64,000 nt of DNA from Takakia lepidozioides (GCA_030704615.1 CM060731.1:10912001-10976000); one strand, 5' to 3'; positions 11,792-24,164 are shown, numbered from the stretch's first letter. Made by a program: numbers and translations. The notes: a model not told the origin generated them from the sequence alone.

Positions 11792-12402
11792 TGTTAACCG
11801 CCGGTTTATGACTTAGACAAAACAAGCTATTAATACTACTACCCATTTCTTAAGACATGCAACAGAGGTTGTTACGTCTCTTCCTCCCCTGAACAAGTCG
11901 TCCTCCTCAAGAAATGATCCCCTTCCTGTTGCCGCTCTGCCTACTCTACCCGCAAGCTGTTCTAACCACCTAACTAACTAACCGTCACCCCTGAAGTAAC
12001 ACGTTCCCTCTGCAGATGTCGTTCCCACACAGTCGTTCTCTGTCAATGATAACTGTTCCCCATGTACTGTGACAGGCTGTGTCAAGCTGTGCCGAGCTGT
12101 GACTGGCTGTGTAAAGTTGTGTCGGGCTGTGACTGGCTGTGCGAAGCTATGTCGGGCTGTGTCTGGCTATGATAGACTGTGACGAGCTGTGTAAAGTTGT
12201 GTCAGGCTGTGACTGGCTGTGCGAAGCTGTGTCGGGCTGTGTAAAGCTGTGTCTGGCTGTGATAGATTGTGACAAGCTGTCTAACCCCCCTAAAGCCTGC
12301 TCCTGTCACCCCTAAGGCTCCTGTTGGTCTCAGTCTGCGCAAAAATTAAGGGTACCCCACAAAACCCGTAAAAGCGTCTAAGTCCCAAACAACCCTCTAA
12401 CA
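11792..12402 (-). mobile_element. Long terminal repeat (611 bp), single copy in window
   Basis: TGTTA...TAACA inverted ends. On the minus strand a PPT lies immediately before it and a PBS immediately after it. Confidence 0.88.
12068..12280. repeat. 10-bp-period minisatellite inside the LTR
   Basis: About 21 degenerate GCTGTGnnnn units (GCTGTGACTG, GCTGTGTCGG, GCTGTGTAAA...). Confidence 0.9.
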
Positions 12403-12405
12403 TTA

Positions 12406-12419
12406 CCCCTCCCCCTCTC
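12406..12419 (-). promoter_or_regulatory. Polypurine tract
   Basis: GAGAGGGGGAGGGG lies three bases before the LTR TG on the minus strand. Confidence 0.85.
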
Positions 12420-12626
12420 AAAAAGCCGTGTCCTCACGGTTTACTGTTTGGGATCAGCAAACCTTTGTGAGCGAGCACCCTTCTGTCGGTGAGAGTCTCG
12501 TGAAGGACTCCGTGTGCGAGCCCGAGTCCTGTCACTGGCTGATGGAGATGATTGAGCACTACCCCTAAATGTCTAACCCTCCTTTGGCTGGTAACGAGGT
12601 AACCTCTCAGACATATGAGATCCCCG

Positions 12627-13580
12627 TCATTTTTTCTCTGCCATCTGAAGTGCATAGTCTGCTGCCATGTCAAAAGAGTCCTTTGAAGAAACAGTAGTAT
12701 CAGAATCCTCGTCCCCCCTTAGGTGTTTTAACGGCCGAACTTTAAGTGGCTTCTCGGGAATCCTGCGTGGCATACAATGTAGGCCCACCATGTCTAGAAG
12801 TTTAAACTGTATGACTTGTTGTAAGCGCTTGCAATCAAAATTACTGAACGCCCTGAACTCCTTAGCCGTATAGGTGAGAGGTGTGCCAATGACTTTGGAA
12901 CAGTGTAAGTATTTCCAGGCTTCATGTCCCTTAAAGAAAATATCCTCAGGGCCGAATTTCTCTGTAGCCAAATTGTTCCAAGCCGAATTAAACCATGAAC
13001 GAAGTTGGGAATCCTTCTGCATCATAACTTTTGCATCATATAGGTACATATGAGGTGGCACTGAAGGTAAGACCCAATGATCCCCACTGGAATAACTCAG
13101 AAATTGTGATTGCATCTTCTGCTGCTCAATGTGATAACGTGCCATAAAACAAGCAGCATAGTATAATCCACAGCCCATGACAATACTAGATACCTCCTTG
13201 GTCTTGGTATAGATGTACCCATGTACAACCTGGAAGACAATTAATTCCTTCAGCATGGTACCTGCCTCAGACCGGTACCTTGCAAAGTGATGATCCTCAA
13301 TGGGTCGATTGTTCGGAAGAACCTTAGTCCGAGTTGCCATTGGCAACCAAATGCGCATGATCTGGTAGTAATGTGTCAACGACTGCGGAGGACTAAATTC
13401 CTTCCAAGCCAAATCCAGCACAATGGGAATTTGGTTGAAGGGCATAATCATAGCCCGACTGTACTCCCGTGCAACAGGAGTCCTAGGTGGGTTAAAAACA
13501 GCATCCCCCCATACCTCAGGCTGTGGTTTGGCTGTAGTAGCAACATGGTCAGCTACCTGCACAGGCACCTGCTGTGGTAT
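12627..13580 (-). CDS. Retrotransposon 3' extra ORF of unknown function (5' end lost at the junction with gag)
   Basis: About 318 uninterrupted codons ending ~210 bp before the PPT. No gag or pol motifs recognised. Confidence 0.6.
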   Translation of the reverse strand: MPQQVPVQVADHVATTAKPQPEVWGDAVFNPPRTPVAREYSRAMIMPFNQIPIVLDLAWKEFSPPQSLTHYYQIMRIWLPMATRTKVLPNNRPIEDHHFARYRSEAGTMLKELIVFQVVHGYIYTKTKEVSSIVMGCGLYYAACFMARYHIEQQKMQSQFLSYSSGDHWVLPSVPPHMYLYDAKVMMQKDSQLRSWFNSAWNNLATEKFGPEDIFFKGHEAWKYLHCSKVIGTPLTYTAKEFRAFSNFDCKRLQQVIQFKLLDMVGLHCMPRRIPEKPLKVRPLKHLRGDEDSDTTVSSKDSFDMAADYALQMAEKK

Positions 13581-14510
13581 AGTTGCCTCAGGAATTTCCT
13601 TGGTAATTCCCTCTTGGATTACCTCTCCCTTCCATGCCATTGTTATAACCACCAGGCCTACCATAGTGGTCCTGATCACTGTTTTTTCTTGGCTGGGGCT
13701 GCACTTGATGCACCCTTACTTGCCTAGGTTCTCTTGCAGCTGTCATTCTGTTGTAGTAACAATTCTCAGTAGAATGGTTATCCATTTTACAGATAGTACA
13801 ATGTTTCTCCTTCATGTGGCATTCAGTGGTGGTATGGCCTTCATTCTGGCATTTTGCACACCAAATACCCTTCCTCCAATGTGTTGCAGCCTCTGTGGCA
13901 TACTTCTTCAAGATTTCTTCTAATCTTTTCTCATAGTTATCCCTCTTCAACTTTTCCTTCGTCTTACTCTTCCTCTTAAGCTCTTGTTCTTCTTCCTCAT
14001 CTGACTCATCCTCAGAGTCCTCATCATCCCTTTTCTCTCTCCTAAGCATTCCCAATTGCTCAATTCTGTTCGCTGTTTCAAATGCCTCCTCCACTGTATT
14101 ATGGGGTAACATATCCACTTTCTTTTGCAACTCTGGTCTTAGTCCACTCACAAACCAAGTCTTCTGTAAACCTGGTGCTAGTACAGCAGCCAGCTTTTTC
14201 ATCATCAATTCCATCTTTTCCATATACTCCTCAACAGTTTCATGCTTCTTTTGCTTTAACTGTTATAAACTTCCATACACTTCATCCTCAGTTTTACTTG
14301 TCCTGAACCTATTTCGGAATGCTGTATTCAAGCCATTCCAGGTTAGGAAATGATTATCAGGGAATCTTGCATACCATTCACTTGCTTTCTTTATAAGTGA
14401 ACAAGGAAACAGTCTCATCTTGGCATCATCACCATTCTCATTGTTCACAATACACATGTGCTCAAATTGGCTAATGTGTACATCAGGATCCCCTTTTCTT
14501 GAATATATTG
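13580..14510 (-). pseudogene. Ty3/gypsy gag, family B, second copy (internal fragment)
   Basis: YSRKGDPDVHISQFEHMC..KMRLFPCSL..SEWY and knuckles CAKCQNEGHTTTEC and CTICKMDNHSTENC. Near-identical to 17290-17897 over the overlap. Confidence 0.88.
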
Positions 14511-17500
14511 CCATCTTGTTATCCTGCCACTTACCAAAGGCTTGTTCACCAGATAAATCAGAGCCTGATGATCCACATAAAACATAAACTTCCTTCTCAA
14601 TAAGTAATGCCTGAATTTCTTGACTGCATAAATCATTGCCAATGCTTCTCTTTCAGTTGTGCTATAGTTCCTTTCAGCACTGTTCATCAACCTGCTAGCA
14701 TAGTACACAGGTGAATCTATGTTTCCTGTAACATTTTGGGCTAACACTGCTCCCAATGCTTCTCCTGAGGCATCACAGTGAACATGAAATACTACATGCA
14801 AGTGAGGGTTAATCAGCACAGGCGTAGTTGTTACTGAAAATGTAAGTTCCTCAAAAACCTTTTGATATTCAGCTGTCCATGCAAACACTGCATCTTTCTT
14901 CAGAAGCTTGCTCAATGATGGTGCTATATGTGCATACCGTCTGACAAATCTTCTGTATAACTGGTTTGTCCAAGGAATCTCCTTAGACTCTTAACATTTC
15001 CTGGTGGTGGAGAGGCTTTAATAGCCTCTGTCTTTCTGGGATCCACAAGCAGTCCCCTCTTATATACAATGTGTCCCAAAAGTACCCCTGAGTTCACACA
15101 GAAAGTACACTTCTCTAGATTCAGGCCCAGACCTCTCATCCTGCATCTGGCCAAACATAACTCCAATTTATGCAAGTGCTCATTCTTAGAACTGTACACA
15201 CTGAAGTCATCTAAGAACACATGCATGAAATCATCCAGATACTCATGGAAAGATTCACTTATCACTCTCTGAAAAGTTGTTGGTGCATTACAAAGTCCAA
15301 AAGACATGACTTTGTATGCATAAGCACCCTAGTCTGTGATGAAAGCTGTCTTTCCCTGGTCTTCTTCTGCCACTTGCACTTGGTTATACCCACTGAAGCC
15401 ATCCATGAATGAGTACATCTCATGGCCTGCCATAGTGTCCAGTACCGCTTCTGTGAATGGCAAAGGGAAGGGATCTTTCTTTGTACGAGCATTCAACTTC
15501 TTATAGTTCACACAAACTCTCAGTTTACCATTCTTCTTGGGAACTATCACAATGGGTGACAACCAAGTTGTATACTCTATCGGGTATATGAACTTAGCCT
15601 CAGCCAACTTCTTGATCTCTTCCCCAACCTTCTGTGCATAGTTGGGATTCATTCTGTACCTTGTCTGTTTGATTGGTACTGACACTGGTTCCAGTTCAAT
15701 CTTATGCTGACAGATCTCATGTGGTATCCCTTTCAGATCCTCATAGCTCCAAGCAAATACATCTCTGTATTTGATGAACAGACTCTTAGCTTCCTCAAAG
15801 AATTCTGGCTCCAAGTCAGCCCCTACTTTCACCATTCTCGGTTCCTCCTCAGTTCCCACATTCACTTCTCTCACCTGCTCATCAGCTGTGATTGTCCAAC
15901 CAGTCACTACTTCATCCTGTAAACTCACAGTGGCTGGTTCTTCTAGGATTTCCATTTCTCCCTCTCTTTCTTCATAGAAATGTGGTGGGTAACTGCTTGT
16001 TTCACCCTCAATTGGTGTTGCTGTTACTACACCACAACAGATACCTTTTAAACAACTTAGGCCTTCCAGTTGCATTTCTGCAACCTGCTCCCACTCTGGG
16101 TGTGCAGTGAACAGGGTAGCTTCCTACTCCTCATCAAGTCCTTTCCTCCAGTCATACTCTCTGACTCCTCGAGGTCTTCTCGTAGAAGGTAGTCTACTAG
16201 ATTTCTTAGTGGTGATTTGTATCTTACGCTTCCCATCATGCACAGTTAGTAACTGGGAATTCCAGTCATGGAATACCCTGGCCTGTTTCAGCCATGGTCA
16301 ACCCAGCAATAAGGAGTAAGCTTCCATGACATCATCCATTTTCAATACAGTCACTATGATCTTAAAGATCATCTTTTGAATCTGTATCTTAACTCCTCTT
16401 ATCAAGCCTAATGGTTGAACACTTCTTTGATCTGCCATTGTTACTGTGAATGGGGCTGGTTTCATGTTACTTAGACCAAGCTTTTGCCTTAATTGGTCTG
16501 TCATGATATTCACTCCAGAGCCTCCATACATCAGTCAAGTCTGTGCTTCCAATTCTCAATTGGAATACTGGCATAGAATCATCAAAGTCCATGACTGTTT
16601 CTCGCCCTTCCGGCTTCACATTATAACTGGTCACCTTGCTATTCATGCCTGTGTTCTCTTTCACATGGGCAATCTAATTGATTGCTTGATACAGCCTGTG
16701 CCTACAATGAGGTGCCACAGCCAATAGCTATCCAATGGTAATCTCCGCTTTGGACTGGCATATTACTTCAGCCAAAGTCTCTTCATTACCCTGCACTTGT
16801 GCAGCTTCTTTCTTCACTTCATCTTCACTCTCTTCATCTTCTCTTTCAGAATCAGAGGAATCTGCCATAGGGATATCAGTACTCTTCTGCATTTCCCTTA
16901 TGGTATCAGCCACTTCCTTGTGCAGTTCCTTCTCATCTCTCCAAGCCTTATCATCTTCAGGCACATCACTGCCATCTTCATTATCATCATCTTCCTCATC
17001 TACTGGAGGTATTAATTTAGCTTTGAATCTGGTTACTATCATTGTACTTACTTCTGGTACAACACATGGCCTAACCATGTGAGCTGCCACCACTGGGCCC
17101 TCATTCACAGGAGCTCTCATCTCATTCTGGTGTCTAATCCAAAATGAACAGGCTGCCTTGCGATGTCCTGCCTGATTACAATAGTAACACAGTTCTTCAC
17201 CATTGGGTCCTCGCCCTTGATCTGCTCTGGGATTATTTCTATATTCTTGATTCCCTGGCTGATAATTCCCCCTTGGATTACCCTGATAGTTGCCCCTGGG
17301 ATTGCCTTGGTAATTCCCTCTTGGATTACCTCTCCCTTCCATACCATTGTTATAACCACCAGGCCTACCGTAGTGGTCTTGATCACTGTTTCTTTTTGGC
17401 TGGGGCTGCACTTGATGCACCCTTACTTGCCTAGGTTCTCTTGCAGCTATCCTTCTGTTGTAATAACAATTCTCAGTAGAGTGGTTATCCATTTTACAGA

Positions 17501-17897
17501 TAGTACAGTGTTTCTCCTTCATGTGGCATTCAGCTGTGGTATGGCCTTCATTCTGGCATTTTGCACACCAAACACCCTTCCTCCAATGTGTTGCAGCCTC
17601 TATGGCATACTTCTTCAAGATTTCTTCCAATCTTTTCTCATAGTTATCCCTCTTCAACCTTTCCTTTTTCTTACTCTTCCTCTTGAGCTCTTGCTCTTCT
17701 TCCTCATCTGACTCCTCCTCAGAGTCCTCATCATCCATTTTCTCTCTCCTGAGCATTCCCAAATGCTCAATTCTGTTAGCCGTTTCAAATGCCTCCTCCA
17801 CTGTATTATGGGGTAGCATATCCACTTTCTTTTGCAACTCTGGTCTTAGTCCACTCACAAACCGGGTCTTCTGTAACCCTGGCGCTAGTACAGCAGC
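14511..17897 (-). mobile_element. Degenerate non-chromoviral Ty3/gypsy (Phygy/Selgy/Tat-like) gag-protease-RT-RNase H, family B; no integrase
   Basis: gag 17897-16728 with three knuckles. Protease (MY)GGSGVNIM. RT WLSPIVIVPKKNGKLRVC..DPFPLP..DGFSGYNQ..FGLCNAP..FLDDFSVY. RNase H HCDAS..YYASR..RNYSTTEREALA..DHQAL. Multiple stops and frameshifts. Confidence 0.92.
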
Positions 17898-18567
17898 GAG
17901 GTTTACTATTTCATGAGCCCATGAGCCCATGAGCCTATGAGCCTATGAGCTCATGAGCGGGCATCCGCGGAATTGGAATTTTCGTGCCTTTATTGACGGT
18001 GTTATGTCCTCATACCTCGATAATAGGGTCTGTTTCTCCTGGTCTAGGATGCGGAATGAGGTATTTCGGCGCCGTTATTCCACGTCACCACTGTAAAACA
18101 TTGTATAGGACAGGAAAGAGACACAAAATTGTAGCCCTCACAAGCCATTGTGCTGACAAGGTAATATATTTAGGGTCAGACAACAGTTCAACTTGCAAAC
18201 CCCATTCAACTCAACATCAAGCCCACATTGACATGACAGAAAATTCCCATAGACGCTCGAAATAAAAACATCAGGCAACAAAGTTTTTATTTTGTACAGC
18301 GACTACTCCGAGCTTCCATCATCATAAATACCACTGCGGCATAAGAAACCCCTGTCCTGCACAATGTTTTACAGTGGTGACGTGGAATAACGGCGCCGAA
18401 ATACCTCATTCCACATCCTGGACCAGGAGAAACAGACCCTATTACCGAGGTAAGAGGACATAACACCGTCAATAAAGGCACGAAAATTCCAATTCCGCGG
18501 ATGCCCGCTCATGAGCTCATAGGCTCATAGGCTCATGGGCTCATGGGCTCATGAAATAGTAAATCTC
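17898..18567. mobile_element. Non-autonomous long-TIR element (~215-bp TIRs, GAG...CTC ends; Mutator- or Sola-like); no TSD
   Basis: 17898-~18113 is the near-perfect reverse complement of ~18351-18567. The TIRs contain 8-bp (C/T)ATGAGC(C/T) repeats. Confidence 0.88.
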
Positions 18568-18569
18568 AA

Positions 18570-19010
18570 TCAATGAAGTGTCTTTAACCACTGAAGATCA
18601 ACGTGCACTGTCCCCATCCACGTGGAATATTATATTTATTAATTAAAATAGATTTACAAATCATAAATTATAAATAAAATTTAAATGATTACACGTGGAG
18701 TAGCAAATGGTTTCAACCACTTCCCATCACTGAGGTGTCTATAACCACTCACAATCTACTACCATACCATCCACGTGGAATATAATATTTATTAACTAAA
18801 ATATATTATCAAATAAAAAATAAAAAATAAAAACAAATTATTACATGTAGACTACTGAGTGGTTGAAACCACTTCCAACCACTGTCTGTGATGCCACCGT
18901 GGCATTTCATCGGGATTAACCACTGGCAAGTGGTTACTAGTGGTCTATAGAGTGAGAAAAGACAGTAGTGGTTAAAGGGCCAGTGATTATTCCGCGTTTT
19001 TCTTCTAGTG
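18570..19010. mobile_element. One end of a CACTA/EnSpm element
   Basis: Ends ...TTTTTCTTCTAGTG (reverse complement CACTAGAAGAAAAA), with many direct and inverted AACCACT subterminal repeats. No partner end found. Confidence 0.7.
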
Positions 19011-20479
19011 ATTCAGGGTAGGCCAGTCCGTTTGTGTAAGGCTCCAGCCTGGTAAGCAGGTATCTAAAGCCAAGCGTCGGATTGATGGCCCCTACCTGAT
19101 CTCTAATATTCTTCCTGGCAGACAATATGTCTTGCTTCCCCAACATGCTTTTACTCCTCACTTAACTAGCTCCATTCATATTTCATTGCTTGTTCCATGC
19201 ACTCTTACTTTTGATCTAACCTGTTTGAATGTTGAGAACCGCCAGGTGATTTTCACCCCTACAACTCGGCCAGCTCGTGATCAGGCCCTGGCAGCTTCTT
19301 CTTTGGCATAGTTTTCCATTTCGTGCTAGTTTTCTGCACCAATTGTAGCACTTGGGGATTTTTCCCGTGGGATGTCTTGTCCTCCACCCAACTTGCAGGG
19401 TAAGGTTTTCTTCCCTAGGTTTTTTCATCCTTTGTGTGTCGGGTGTGTAGTTTGTTTTGGCTAGGCTTCGTTTTTATTCTTCCTGAGCTCATCGCTCGTA
19501 GGAGCTCGCAAGTTCTCGTGGGCCCAGCAGGCTTCACATATGTGGGGTTGGGATTCCTCCTCACCTGTTTTTTCGACTTGGATGAACGGAGGAGGGATGT
19601 GCTCCAGATTATTTAGAGATGGACAGAGACCAGGACACTAGAAGCATTTGTGTCATTTACCATTGGGGTAACAACTCATTTTGAATTGTAAAAGTCAAAA
19701 AACTGGGATCGACTGGAAGTTACAAACGACTAGTTACAACAGACGTGGTAGTTGGGCTAGACATCCAATGATTGGAGTGGTAAGGGACGCAGACGCGCGA
19801 ACAAATGTTCAGCGATTAATGTGATTAATGCTGAAGAACCACGTGGCGTAACTAAGCGGGCCGCCCGTGTGTCTACCTTTTGGGCTGACTTTGACTTTTC
19901 CCTCCGGATGAGTGGACTGACTCACCATAGCGCGGTGACACATGGACGCGGACGTGGACGACGATGTGGACGCCGACGTGGCGGCGCCACGACGAGCAGC
20001 ACTGCTGCCACGTGATAGTAGACCACATAACTTGCAGTGCTACATGCCTAGTGGCAATTGCGACTGCGGAAGTTGGCGCAACCACTGCTTTACTACTTTA
20101 AATGAAGCGCTCGAAATTACTTGAACAATCATTCATAGTGATTCATGCTTTGAAGTTTTGGTGTTTGTAGTGAGTCGACTAGTACATACATATGTAATGC
20201 CATACAAGAGAATTAATCATGCATTAGAAATGCACAAACGATGAAAGACATGCCATGAAACAAAATGAAATGAAAATGAATGAAATGAAACAAAATGGTA
20301 CTTTAGTACATCTGCAGAAAGCTCAAAGAGCTTATGGGACAAAATGAAAAAAACAAAGTAAAAAAGCAGCCCAAAAGCTACTGCTGCCCTGGGGATTGCC
20401 TAAGGGTCAAGGCCTCGTGCAAGTAAGCTGCCAAGCAGTTCTGATCCTCATAATGCAAGACTTCAGTGAGTTCCACGGA

Positions 20480-22450
20480 ATAGACCATCTATCCATGGAG
20501 GTTTCTTGTAGTTATTGATCCACAGGGAATCATAGGTAATCTTGTGCTTGAAATTTGGCCTTCTAGGATGAATCTGGACCCACACTCTATCCCTGCTCCT
20601 TCAGCTATCCATGCCCCTGCACAAATCATGCATTCATCCTTGCCTTGCTGCTAGGAGCTAACAATGACAGCCTAGATTTGTTCAGTTAGGAAATACCCAA
20701 CTCAGCTTATCACACTAGTTCCTATGCTCAATTGCGTCTGCTACTCTCTGAATTGTAGCAGGCATTCACCTTTTTGCCTCGGTTGTCCCATCATTGACTG
20801 GGGGCAGAAAAGTATTCATTCCACAGCTTCTCCTCATGTCTGTTACTTGTTTTTTGATACTTTCCTGTTGTCACATAGCAGTATCATGTCAAAGTCACTC
20901 CAAACTAGATTCACTCAACCAGCTAACTTGCAGAATTCAACATGGAAATTTTGGGCCGATTCTGATAAGAGGGAAAAACAGGGTGAAATGTGCTGAAGAA
21001 GATGCCTTCATTAACAATGTCTGATTTTATCAATTGTGCCATTGCTGCCAGTTGACCATCTACCCATGCAGGTTTCTTGCAGCTTCATAGTTAATCTGGA
21101 GCTTGAAGTCCGGCCCTCTTGGGTGAATCTGCACCCACACTCTATCCCTGCTCCTTCAGCTATCCATGCCTCGCACGAATCATGCATACAACCTTGCCTT
21201 GTTGCTAGCAGTTGACAATGACAGCCTAGACTTGTTCTAGGAAGCACCCAACTCAACTTATCACACTAGTTCCTACACTCAATTGCATTTGCTACTCTCT
21301 ATAATCCAACAAACATTCACCTTCTTGCCTCGATTGTCCCACCATTGACTGGGGTCAGAAAAGTATTCATTCCACAACTTCTCCTCGTCTGTGTTACCTG
21401 TTTCTGATACTTTCCTGTTGTCACATTGGCAGAATCATGTCAAAGTCACTCCAAACTATCAAAGCTTCACTCAACCAGCTAACTTGCAGAACTACAAAAC
21501 TACAAAACTACAAAACACCTCTCAAACCAACCCAGTTCCAAACAACAAGAACCATTCTAGATGATACACACTTTGTTTGCCATATCCAATGCATCATAAT
21601 AAGTTGTCAGCCTTACATAAGCCTTCTCCAGTCCATCAGGCCTGTTGCACAAAATTGCAAGCCCAGAGGTAAGAATACATGTAATAAGCACCCAAAGGGG
21701 AATAGTCCCTGCTCTACCAAGCCAGCCTTGAGGTTCCATTCTAAGCTTGAGATTGCGACTTGACACAGCTAACAGCAATCATGTCAGCTAATTGAGTGTT
21801 CCTGAAGATCTTGAAAATAATCAATCATGGTAATCTCAGGTTGTCGCCCACACAATAAGAGAGGGTGTGATGGTAACTCAGGCAGGGCTACTCCAACCCT
21901 ACATGACAAGTGGATTCTGTTTCAGAGTGAAAAGGATAGCGTAGCATTCTGGCAGGCAAAGAATTGGTATGCTCTTGAGAAAACGAGCGGTATACTTTGT
22001 GAGGGGACTGCTTCTCATCCAAAGGCACTACAGCTTGTGGATGTACCATCATGCCTACCATGACAAAGAGGTGAGAATCTATGAAAAGCCTCACGTTAGC
22101 CATGAAGACAATATATTTAGTCCAGATCATACCTTATCAAAGTGTTAAACTTCTTTGTCTGGATGTCGATCGTACATCTTCTTCACTTGAAATCCGGCCC
22201 TCTTATGAATCTGGACCCACACTCTATCCCTGGTCCTTCAGCTATCCATGCCTGTGTACAAACCATGAATACATCTTCAGCCTTGCTGCTAGCAGCTGAA
22301 GCAGCTGACACTGACAGCGTGAAGTTCTTCGAGGAAACACCCCAACCCTACCTACAGTAACATGTCAAAATCACTACAAACCACCATAGATTCACCAACG
22401 AGCTTCTCCACATCTACGTTATCTGTTTTTGGATAATTCCTTCTGCCACA
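20480..22450. repeat. Three diverged copies of a ~250-400-bp unit (~20540, ~21100, ~22185)
   Basis: AATCTG(G/C)ACCCACACTCTATCCCTG.TCCTTCAGCTATCCATGCC at ~20572, ~21126 and ~22208, with continuing similarity. Confidence 0.85.
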
Positions 22451-24164
22451 TTGGCAATAACTCCAGATTAGGCTTCAGGGCAGTGTTCAGGCTGACATCT
22501 AGTACATTTCCAGCTTTGAGTCGATTTGGTCTTCGTTCTTTTCGCATCACTTGCTCGTCTCTCTCCCAAGCCTCTCCCAACACTTAGACAAATTCAGGCA
22601 AAGGACAAAGTTACTCTTCCACCCTTAGATCATTTTACCTCCGACGATTAGAACAATCTCTACGAGCCACACAAGCCCTAAAATACATTAGAATATTTCA
22701 CGTCACGAGCCATGTGGGGCACTTATAAAAATTCCATTTTTGAATAGGGTGTGCAATGAATGCCTAGTTGTTAAGAGTCATTCTCTAGTGCTTAAAACCA
22801 TTTCTAATTGCTGTTTAAAAAATAAATAAAATTACGTAATTGAATTAAATCGCTGCGAATATTGCGCCGACTGCAGTTGATGCAACTTCTATCCGCCATT
22901 AGAAATTCGAATTTATCCGTTACGACTGTGCAGTAGTAACAAACATCTCAAAGTTGTTCCCTCAGTGGTTTTGGACATGCAGTCGATTCGGAAAAGACAC
23001 TAATGCTTCTAGTGGGATGAAGTCTGGATGAACTTACACCTTGCGCATGAGGATGAGCTGGCAATAGCTTACGGCTTTATTATAGATTGTCTTATTCTAA
23101 CAGCTAGTTTAGGATCAGATTAGGATGGAACTAGGTGATGTGGCTTCTTTCTATGGTCAGGCTAGAACAACATCTGGAAAGCCTATGTGTATGTGCCGCG
23201 TGGCGCTAGGGTTAGATTACGCCCTAATACTATTTAACTCTGCCGTGGCAGAAAGGGTGGTGGATTTCATCTTACGTGTGTGCGTCCTGAGCATAACGGT
23301 GTGCTTGAGTGCTCTTATGAATGTTTTTGGATGTTTGACTCTGTTGCGTCCTCTTTGTAAGATTCCGTCTTCTATGCCAAGCTCCTCTATCAACTACATC
23401 CCCCTTGTAGAGCCTTGTCCGGTAGAGGAAGGGGAATAAACCCATACCTCCGAAATCAGGCTTCACAGGCCAGTGGCCCATTTGCACCTCAATTATTTCA
23501 TTAAGCTTAGTTCATTTTGCTTATGGTTTTCTTAAGAAATTTGAAAACCAGCACGAGTGGCTACAGAGTTTTGCAAAAAATAGCTGTACATTTTGTTCAT
23601 CCATTGAAATTATGATAGAATCATCCACCTCTGTACTTTTATCCATTTATATCATCCATATTTGGCAAATTCATCCGTGATTTACTTTTTATTTAGAGAA
23701 GTTTGGCGATTTCATCCATGAAAAAACAAAGAACTTGCGACAGGATTTTTTTTTTTTTTTTTTTTTTTTTTGAAGTCAAAATCTGGCAAAAATTCGCCAA
23801 TAACAAAAACGTTGTCTGGCATCCCACTACCGCCCCTGGACAACCGTTTAGGCATTTTTGCGCCTAATAATAAAATCAATCAATCAGAAAATTAGGCATG
23901 TTTTTAAGACAATTTCTCAAATTAGGCATCTTCATGCTATAATTTTTAGAATTAGGCACACGAGAAGAGATTTTTTTTTTTTCTTAAGAATAAAATTACA
24001 AAATAGACATCAAATGCCCATGGGCCCTTCCAGGCTCCAACTACCTTTCATTTCCTTTGAAAACCCTAAAAATGCCCCTCTTTGTTGTACGTGGTGCTCC
24101 AAGGCTCAAGCTGGTACATGTAAGCTCTCCCTTTGCTCTCACACTTTAGGTGAGTTCAATATTG

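Noticed and set aside
12068-12280. CRISPR-like array
   Set aside because: Contiguous 10-bp degenerate units without unique spacers, inside a eukaryotic LTR.
6162-19010. CACTAC at 6162 pairing with TAGTG at 19010 as one CACTA element
   Set aside because: The ends match for only 5 bp (CACTACGTGG vs CACTAGAAGA) and the flanks GTA/ATT are not a TSD.
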